This document shows, in pieces, positions 57,366 through 64,000 of a stretch of DNA of 64,000 bases (within the stretch, counting starts at the first letter, position 1; every line of letters starts with the position of its first letter). This stretch comes from an uncultured Planctomycetota bacterium (GTDB taxonomy: Bacteria > Planctomycetota > Planctomycetia > Isosphaerales > Isosphaeraceae), in contig CAVTTN010000002.1 of assembly GCA_963737655.1 (NCBI GenBank), forward strand, positions 1-64,000, written 5' to 3'. The notes beneath the pieces were generated by a model that saw only the letters and a program-made list of their open reading frames with translations, made no database searches and was not told the origin of the DNA. The translations under genes and the position numbers were made by a program.

Positions 57366-58129
57366 ATGAGACACGTCCCCTCCCTGGTCCGCCGCGAGCT
57401 GGCCGCCTACTTCCTGTCGCCGATGGCGTATCTGATCCTGTTCGGGTTCCAGCTCGTCGCGGCGTTCAATTTCTCTCAGATGCTCGGGGCGCTGGCCCAG
57501 TTCGCTCGATCCGGGGCGTATTCGAGCCTCCGAGACCCGATGAATAGCTATGTTTCGGGGAGCTTGCCGTTCTGGCTGGCGGTCCTCGTGGCCGTCCCGG
57601 CCCTGACGATGAGGCTCCTGGCCGAGGAGACGAGGAACGGGACCATCGAGACCTTGCTCACGGCCCCGGTTACCGAGACCGAGGTCGTGCTCTCGAAATG
57701 GGTCGCCGGGGTGGTGATGTACCTGGCCCTCCTCGTCCCGTTCGCCCTGTATCTGCCGATCCTCAGGCATTACGGGCACTACCCGTTCGACCTCGGCCCG
57801 ATCTATGCCTCGGCGATCGGCCTGACGACGATGGGGATGATGTTCGTGGCCGTGGGCGTGTTCTTCACGCCCTGACGAGGCATCAGGTCGTGGCCGCGGT
57901 GGGGACGTTCGTGACCCTGTTCGCCTTGATTCTGGTCACGATGTTCGCCGCGTCGATCGCCTCGGAGTTGCGGTCGCCGTGGGCGGAGCCGTTGCGATTC
58001 CTCTCGGTGGTGGCGCAGGCGCACGAGCTGGGGTCGGGGATGATGGACGTCCGCCACCTGGCCTTGCACCTCTCGGCCTCGGCGTTCTTGCTCTATTCCA
58101 CCATCAAGATCGTCGAGTTCTCGCGATGA
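57366..58129 (+). CDS. ABC-2 permease (GldF-like), apparent frameshift near 57870
   Basis: RRELAAYFLSP, TMRLLAEE..GTIETL; the C-terminus (LTRHQVVAA) is in another frame. Confidence 0.8.
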
Positions 58130-58172
58130 ATTCCCGATCTTTCGGGTCGAGCGGACCGGGTATGGGACGTCC

Positions 58173-59951
58173 ATGAGCGTGTTGAGCCATCCGGGGTTCT
58201 GGTTCGCGGCGACGGCCCTGGCCGTGGGGATGTCGCTGGCGTGGGCGCTGAGAGGGTCGGCCCCGGGAACCCCGGCCCCGAGCGAGGAAGACGGCGCCTC
58301 TCCGGGCGCCCGTCATCGCGATCGGGCCCTGTTCCTCGCCGTCCTGGGCGCGGTCCTGGCCGCCGGAGGGGCCTTCGTGGCCGGGTCGGCCTCGATCCCT
58401 TGGTCGATCCCCCTGTTCGCCTCGGGGTTCGGCCTGGAATGGTTCGTCGCCCGGGAGAACCGGCCGTATCGCCATTCCAGCCCGAGCCTCCGCCGGATCG
58501 TCCGCTTCTCGGAGACCGCCCTGACCGCCTCCCTGCTCCTGGGCATCCTCGTGGTCGGCAACCTCGCCGCGTTCCGCTACGGGGAGAGGCCGATCGACTT
58601 CACCCGGGAGCGGGTCTTCTCCCTGGAATCGCTGACGATCCGCCAGCTTCAGGCCCTGGACCGGCCGATCCGCCTGATCGCGTTCTTCGATCGCGGGACG
58701 GTCCGTCAGGCCGACCGGCTCCGGCAGCTCCTGGAGCTCTATCGGGCCGAGAACCCGTCGATGGTCCGCACCGAGGTCCTCCCCCTGAACGCCGACCCGA
58801 TCCGCACCGAGGAGTTCCTCAAGGCGTTCCCGGACGCCGAGATGGCGCGGGGCGGGGTGGCGATCGAGTCGGGCGAGGGGCCGTTGCCCGATCGCGTGAT
58901 CGTCCGCAACGCGGAGATTTTCGACGCGGCCCCGTCCACCGAGCCCGGTCGGTTCGAGGTGGTGTTCCGGGGGGAAGACGCGGTGACCTCAGCCCTGATC
59001 CGGCTCCGCGAGGGGAAGAAGGCCAAATTCGCGATGACCACCGGTCATGGGGAGACGCCGGCCGTGGCCTCGGCGGCGAACCGCCCGTCGGTTTCGCGAT
59101 TGAAGGCACGGCTGGAAGGCTCGGGCGCGGAGGTGACCGAGGCGGACCTGGCCCGGGGGCCGATCGCCGACGACGTCGAGGTCGCCCTGATCATCGCGCC
59201 GAGGACCGCGTTTTCCGCCGAGGAGATCGGCCGCCTGTCGGCCTTCGCGAGGCGGGGCGGGCGCCTGGTCGTCCTGCTCGACGGCCGGAAAGCGTCCGGG
59301 CTGGACGAATGGTTGAAGGCGTCGAACCTGGACGTCGGTCCCGGGGTGGTCGTCGACGTCTCCTCGCGATTCGCGACGAACCCGTCGGTCGTCCCGGTGA
59401 CGGTCCCGCCCTCGGTCAGGAATCCGATCGTGGCGCCCCTGGCGAACCTCCGCGTAGTCGTCCCGAACGCGGCCCCTTTGATCGTGAGGACTCCCGGGAT
59501 GAACCCGCCTCCCTTGCCGGGGATCCAGGTGGCGCCCATCCTCTCCACCGGCCGGGAGGCCTGGAGCGAGACGGACCTCTCGGGGCCGGCGCCCGTGTTC
59601 GACCCGAAGACCGACCGGCCGGGCCCGATCGTCGTCGCGGCGGCCGTCCAGGAGGTGCCCTCGGCGAGGGGGCAGGCGCCGACCCCGCGGATGGTCGTCT
59701 TCTCCAGCCCGGACCTGGCCGACGACTACTTCGTCGGCCAGTTCGAGGCGAACCTGGACCTGGTGGTCAACGCCGTCCAGTGGCTCCGCGGCCGTCCCGA
59801 CCTCCAGGGCCTGGCCCCGAGGCGACGGGAAGTCCCCCGGTTCGATGCCGACTACGGGCTCCAGGCCCGTCTGGTCGCGGTCCCGACCTTGCTGGCCCTG
59901 GGCACCATCGTCGCCCTGGGCGTCTCGACGTTCCTGGCCCGGCGGCGATGA
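58173..59951 (+). CDS. GldG-like ABC transporter auxiliary protein
   Basis: DFTRERVFSL, TTGHGE, ANLDLVVNAVQWL, C-terminal TM. Confidence 0.8.
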   Translation: MSVLSHPGFWFAATALAVGMSLAWALRGSAPGTPAPSEEDGASPGARHRDRALFLAVLGAVLAAGGAFVAGSASIPWSIPLFASGFGLEWFVARENRPYRHSSPSLRRIVRFSETALTASLLLGILVVGNLAAFRYGERPIDFTRERVFSLESLTIRQLQALDRPIRLIAFFDRGTVRQADRLRQLLELYRAENPSMVRTEVLPLNADPIRTEEFLKAFPDAEMARGGVAIESGEGPLPDRVIVRNAEIFDAAPSTEPGRFEVVFRGEDAVTSALIRLREGKKAKFAMTTGHGETPAVASAANRPSVSRLKARLEGSGAEVTEADLARGPIADDVEVALIIAPRTAFSAEEIGRLSAFARRGGRLVVLLDGRKASGLDEWLKASNLDVGPGVVVDVSSRFATNPSVVPVTVPPSVRNPIVAPLANLRVVVPNAAPLIVRTPGMNPPPLPGIQVAPILSTGREAWSETDLSGPAPVFDPKTDRPGPIVVAAAVQEVPSARGQAPTPRMVVFSSPDLADDYFVGQFEANLDLVVNAVQWLRGRPDLQGLAPRRREVPRFDADYGLQARLVAVPTLLALGTIVALGVSTFLARRR

Positions 59952-59969
59952 GAGGAGGCGGAACTAACC

Positions 59970-62261
59970 ATGAAATCGTCGAGGCCGCAGCTGGTCCTGA
60001 TGGCCCTGTTCTTCGCCGGGCTCGTCGGCCTCTGGCTGGCCGACCAGACCGGCCTGCGGACCTCGGCCGATCGGGCGAAACGGAGCGGCCGGCTCCTCCC
60101 GGACCTCCTCGAAGCCCGGCCCTCCGAGCTGGCGCGCCTCGAGATCCTCGGCGGGAAGGCGCCGATCGTGATCCGTCGCGACGGGGATCGGTGGATGATC
60201 GTCGAGCCCGTCCTCGCCCTGGCCGATCGGGACCGCGTCGAGGCCCTGATCGCCAACCTCGCCCATCTGCACCGGGCGTCCGACCCGTCGCCTCTCGACG
60301 CGGCCCCTTCGACCTATGGCCTCGAACCCCCCGAACGGGTCGTCCGCCTCTTTCGGGACGATGGGGCCGGGCCGATCGCCTCGCTGGAGGTCGGCAAGGC
60401 CGCCCGGGACCGGCGATACGTCCGGCCCGGCGGGGAAACGAGCGTCGAGCTGGCCGACGCGAGACTCCTCTCGGCCCTCGACGGCGACCCGGCGGACTGG
60501 CGGGATCGTTCGCTGTTCCGGCTCTCGTCGTTCGAGGTCGCGAGGCTGGAGGTGACCGGGCCGGGCCCTCCCTGGACGATCCTCCGAGACGGCGGCCATC
60601 TCCGCATCCAGGAGCCGATCCTCGCCCCGGCCGACCCTTCGAAGGTCGAGGACCTGTTCGCCGGAGTCTGCGGGCTGAAGGTCGCGGCGGGCCCCGAGGG
60701 GTTCGTCGCCGAGAGCCTGGATCGAGCGAAGGAGTACGGCCTCGATCCCCCCTCTCGGACGATTTCCGTGGTCTCGGCCGAGGGCAAGAGGCGATCGATC
60801 CAGGTCGGCGCGTCGGTTCCGGGCCATCCCGGCGAGGTGTTCGCGAGGCGGGAAGGGCTGGCGGAAGTGGTCAAGATGGACGCCTCGGCGCTCGCCCCTC
60901 TGGATGCCGATCCGCACCTGCTCCGCTCGAAGAAGCTGGCCGACGTCGTGCCCGAACGGGTCGTCTCCCTGCGGGTCGAGGCGGGCGGGATCGTCCATCG
61001 CCTGGTCCGCGAAGCGAATCGCTGGAAGGTCGTCGAGCCGGCCTCGGCCGTCGGGCCCGCCGACCCGCAGACCGTCGCCTCCCTCGTTTCCGGCCTGGCC
61101 ACGGCCGAGGCTGCCGAGCTTCTCCAACCCGACAAGGTCCCGGCCCGCGCCGGATTGGAGACGCCGACCCTGCGAATCGAGGTGTGGGAAGACGATCCGC
61201 CCGGCCTCGGCCTCGACCCGGGGAAGCCCGTCGCCGCCGTCGCCCTGGGGATTCGCGATCGGCCCCGGAAAGTGGTCTTCGCGAAGGCCGACGGCGATTC
61301 GACCGTGCTGATGCTGCCCGACTCGTCCCTCGATCTCGGCCCGTCCGGCCCCCTGGCGTTTCGGGACCGGGCGATCGTCGCGAACCGGCCCGGGAGGATG
61401 ACCCGGCTCGTCGTGATCCGCGAGAACCGGACCGTCGCCCTGGAGCCGACCGGCGAGCCGCCGGATTACGCGAAGTGGCGGATGAAGGCGCCGGTGACCG
61501 GGCCGGTCGATCGCGACAACCTCGCGGCGATCGACGTCTTGCTGTCGGGGATGAGGGCCGAGACGCTCGTGGCCGACTCGCCCCGGCCGGAATTCGGCCT
61601 GGATTCGCCGTGGATGACCGTGATCTGGTCGGCCCTGCCGGTCGGGGCCAGCACGCCCGAGGAGAGGACGCTGCGGATCGGCGCCGAGAGGCCCGAAGGC
61701 CGGGGGTCGCGATTCGCGATGGTCAGCGGCTATCCGTGGGTGTTCGCCCTGGCGCCTCGGTCGCTGGCGATCCTCCTCGGGGAGTTGAAGGACCGCCATC
61801 TCGTGGCCCTGGCGCCCGACTCGATCGGCTCGATGGTCGTCTCGTCGCCCGATCGCTCGCTCTCGTTCGAGAAGGCCGCGCCCGGACCGGGCCAGCCGGG
61901 CGGCTGGCGGTTCGGCTCGGGGTCGGAGGGATCGCCGGAAGACCTGAACCGGGCGTCCGGCCTCGCCACGGCGCTGGCCGGTCTCCGAGTCGATCACTAT
62001 TCGCAGTATCTCGGGCCGATCCCGCCCGAAACCGGCCTGGATCGTCCGCTCTTGACGGTCGAAGCCCACCTGAAGGGGTCGCCCCAGATCGTGAAGCTCC
62101 GATTCGGCCGGATTCGGCCCGACGCCCTCCGGTTCGTGACCGCGGAACACGGCGATTCCGGGGCGGTCGGGCTCCTGCCGAACACCTCGGCCGAGCCGTG
62201 GGGCGGGTTCCTGAACGTCCCGAAGCCTGAATTGCCCGAAAACCCGTTCGCTCCTCGGTGA
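59970..62261 (+). CDS. DUF4340 repeat protein
   Basis: Repeated W...P...AD...V..L and YGL..P units; usual position after GldG-like genes. Confidence 0.75.
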   Translation: MKSSRPQLVLMALFFAGLVGLWLADQTGLRTSADRAKRSGRLLPDLLEARPSELARLEILGGKAPIVIRRDGDRWMIVEPVLALADRDRVEALIANLAHLHRASDPSPLDAAPSTYGLEPPERVVRLFRDDGAGPIASLEVGKAARDRRYVRPGGETSVELADARLLSALDGDPADWRDRSLFRLSSFEVARLEVTGPGPPWTILRDGGHLRIQEPILAPADPSKVEDLFAGVCGLKVAAGPEGFVAESLDRAKEYGLDPPSRTISVVSAEGKRRSIQVGASVPGHPGEVFARREGLAEVVKMDASALAPLDADPHLLRSKKLADVVPERVVSLRVEAGGIVHRLVREANRWKVVEPASAVGPADPQTVASLVSGLATAEAAELLQPDKVPARAGLETPTLRIEVWEDDPPGLGLDPGKPVAAVALGIRDRPRKVVFAKADGDSTVLMLPDSSLDLGPSGPLAFRDRAIVANRPGRMTRLVVIRENRTVALEPTGEPPDYAKWRMKAPVTGPVDRDNLAAIDVLLSGMRAETLVADSPRPEFGLDSPWMTVIWSALPVGASTPEERTLRIGAERPEGRGSRFAMVSGYPWVFALAPRSLAILLGELKDRHLVALAPDSIGSMVVSSPDRSLSFEKAAPGPGQPGGWRFGSGSEGSPEDLNRASGLATALAGLRVDHYSQYLGPIPPETGLDRPLLTVEAHLKGSPQIVKLRFGRIRPDALRFVTAEHGDSGAVGLLPNTSAEPWGGFLNVPKPELPENPFAPR

Positions 62262-62308
62262 AATGATCCGTCGGGACCGCGAGAACGAGCCCGACGGATC
62301 AATCCGGC

Positions 62309-62572
62309 TCAATCCGAGCCGTGAAGCTTCACGATCTTGTTGTAGAGGCCGAGGAGGAGGATCGTCGGCACCCAGTGGCCGACGAACTGGGAATCGGTCT
62401 TCCGGCCCGACAGGTGGAGCAAGGCGCGCAGGCCGATCGAGCCGATGGCCAGGCTCAGGTAGACGCCCGAGGGGACCTGGCTGGTGTAATGCTCGATCGC
62501 CTTGGTGAGCGTGCCTTCCTCATGGGTGTGGGGATCGACCTTCATCCCTTCGAACGTGGCGCGAGAGACCAT
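62309..62572 (-). CDS. Small hypothetical membrane protein
   Basis: GGAGG RBS; FVGHWVPTILLLGLYNKIVK. Confidence 0.7.
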   Translation of the reverse strand: MVSRATFEGMKVDPHTHEEGTLTKAIEHYTSQVPSGVYLSLAIGSIGLRALLHLSGRKTDSQFVGHWVPTILLLGLYNKIVKLHGSD

Positions 62573-62657
62573 CGGAACGTTCCTCCTGCGTCGCAGCGGG
62601 TGCCTGGGCGGCTCATTGGGACTGAGGAGGCAACTCCCGGGCCGCTCGGCCCCCGGA

Positions 62658-64000
62658 TCATCGGGAGGTCCCGTACCGGTGAGACAGGAGGGCGTTGAAC
62701 AGCAGCCGGAACGTGCCGTAAGTCTGCCCCCGGTGCTGGGGAGGGAACGCGAACAGGATGACCCGCCCCTCCCCGACGTCGAGGTCGGCCACGGCCGGCT
62801 TCCCCGCGATCTTCTCCCCGCCGAGCAACCAGCCGCTTTCCAGGACCGGCATCGCCCCGTAACGGATCGGGGCCAGATCCCGAGCGGTCTCGGGGAACTC
62901 GAAGGCCAGCGACCGGTCGAAATACGCCGCGTTCTCGTCGGGCAAGCCGACCGTCAGCGAGTTGAAGGGGCGAGAAGTCAGGGGCCCGAGCTTCACGATC
63001 GACCCCGGGCCATAGAACTCCGAAGTCTTCAGCCCCTTGACCACGTTCTTCACCGGGAGCTTCAGCTCGTCGATGGCGAACGGGCAGGAATCCTCCAGGC
63101 AGACCAGCGTGCCGCCCGCCCGGACGAAATCCGCGACCGCCTTCGTCCCCTCGGGACCGAGGCCGCCGGTGTACAGCGGGTCGCTCTCGTTCGGCCCGTA
63201 ACCTTCGCGGATGGTTTTGGGATCCATCGAGGGGATCAGGAGGACGTCGAATCGATTCTTCAGCCCTCCCGCGCGGAGATCGGCATCGTGGACGGTCTGG
63301 TAGGCGAAGCCGAACTTCTCCAGGACGAGCCGGGTCCAGCCCTCGTCCATGCTCGGCACCCACGGTTGATACACCGCGACCCGCGCCACGCCGAGAGGGA
63401 AGATCTTGTCGTTGCCGGCCGCCAGGAGGTCCGAGCCCTCGGCCCTCGCCCGGCTCGAACACTCCTTCAGGGCGCCTTCCAGGACCTGCCGGGCCTTCGG
63501 ATCGGCCGGGATCAGCACCGTCCCCTCCTGGATCGGCTTCTCGCCGACCATGAAGGATTGAAAAACGACCCGCACATCCACGCCGGCCTTCAGGAGCGCG
63601 TTGAGGACGCGGAAATCGTCGTTCGCCTGATTGGCCATCGCGAAGCACTTCGCGGCCTCGACGTCGCCGTCGATCCCGCCTCGGGGGGCCTCGACGGTTT
63701 CGACGGGCTCCAGGTCGCCGACGATCGGCCGTTCCAGGACGACCGACTTGACGCCCATCTGGAGCGGGAGCGTCCATCCGGCCACGTCATAAGGCGGCTC
63801 GGCCTCGCCCGAGGACGAGAACCGGGGCGGGTACTTCTGCTTCTCCATCATGTCCTTCAGGTGGGCCCGATACGGCTGGTTCGCCGGGAGGACCCAGCTC
63901 CCGGCCGGATAGGTCACCCCGCTCGCCTCGATCGGCGTTTTCGCCTTCCGGACCTTGATGCCGGTGTCGGACAGGATGCGGACCATCTCGGCGGCCGTGC
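62658..64000 (-). CDS. M14-family zinc carboxypeptidase-like protein, C-terminal part
   Basis: PPYDVAGWTLPLQMGV, SMDEGWTRLVLE, PQHRGQTYGTF. Confidence 0.75.
   Translation of the reverse strand, partial: TAAEMVRILSDTGIKVRKAKTPIEASGVTYPAGSWVLPANQPYRAHLKDMMEKQKYPPRFSSSGEAEPPYDVAGWTLPLQMGVKSVVLERPIVGDLEPVETVEAPRGGIDGDVEAAKCFAMANQANDDFRVLNALLKAGVDVRVVFQSFMVGEKPIQEGTVLIPADPKARQVLEGALKECSSRARAEGSDLLAAGNDKIFPLGVARVAVYQPWVPSMDEGWTRLVLEKFGFAYQTVHDADLRAGGLKNRFDVLLIPSMDPKTIREGYGPNESDPLYTGGLGPEGTKAVADFVRAGGTLVCLEDSCPFAIDELKLPVKNVVKGLKTSEFYGPGSIVKLGPLTSRPFNSLTVGLPDENAAYFDRSLAFEFPETARDLAPIRYGAMPVLESGWLLGGEKIAGKPAVADLDVGEGRVILFAFPPQHRGQTYGTFRLLFNALLSHRYGTSR

Noticed and set aside
58241..62312. Very long alternative ORFs (1329 aa plus strand, 782 aa minus strand)
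   Set aside because: Arg/Gly/Pro-rich shadow frames of well-supported genes in high-GC DNA

Overview
High-GC bacterial DNA, probably a planctomycete (inferred from gene content and IS types). Bases 56.4-64 kb look like core genome: a Gld-like ABC transporter, a DUF4340 protein and an M14 peptidase. Everything to the left of the tmRNA gene (ssrA, minus strand, 55722-56086) looks like a composite, decaying genomic island. It has four parts. (1) Element 1 at about 47-55.7 kb carries a tyrosine integrase, AlpA, a ParB-like gene, a broken VirD4/TraD-like coupling protein and an unusual anticodon-less tRNA-like RNA. (2) Element 2, a relative at about 37-42 kb, carries an IS630-disrupted integrase, phd-vapC, KptA/Tpt1 and AlpA, next to a 28-bp ssrA 3' duplicate that is inverted relative to ssrA. 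(3) A defence block holds mrr, mcrBC, abiEi/abiEii and a DNA methyltransferase remnant. (4) A stress/dormancy cluster at 1-15 kb holds fdhA, oxidoreductases, two BON proteins, GrpE, DnaK, ClpB, YfdX, HdeD, an aeRF1/Balon-like protein and an HPF-sigma fusion; its intergenic regions share sigma54 promoters and paired GACA-N3-TGTC palindromes. About a dozen IS/Tn copies are present. One is an IS66-family element that has captured an ART-like toxin tip and a stand-alone EF-Tu domain III-like gene. All family assignments come from motif recognition by eye, not from database searches.
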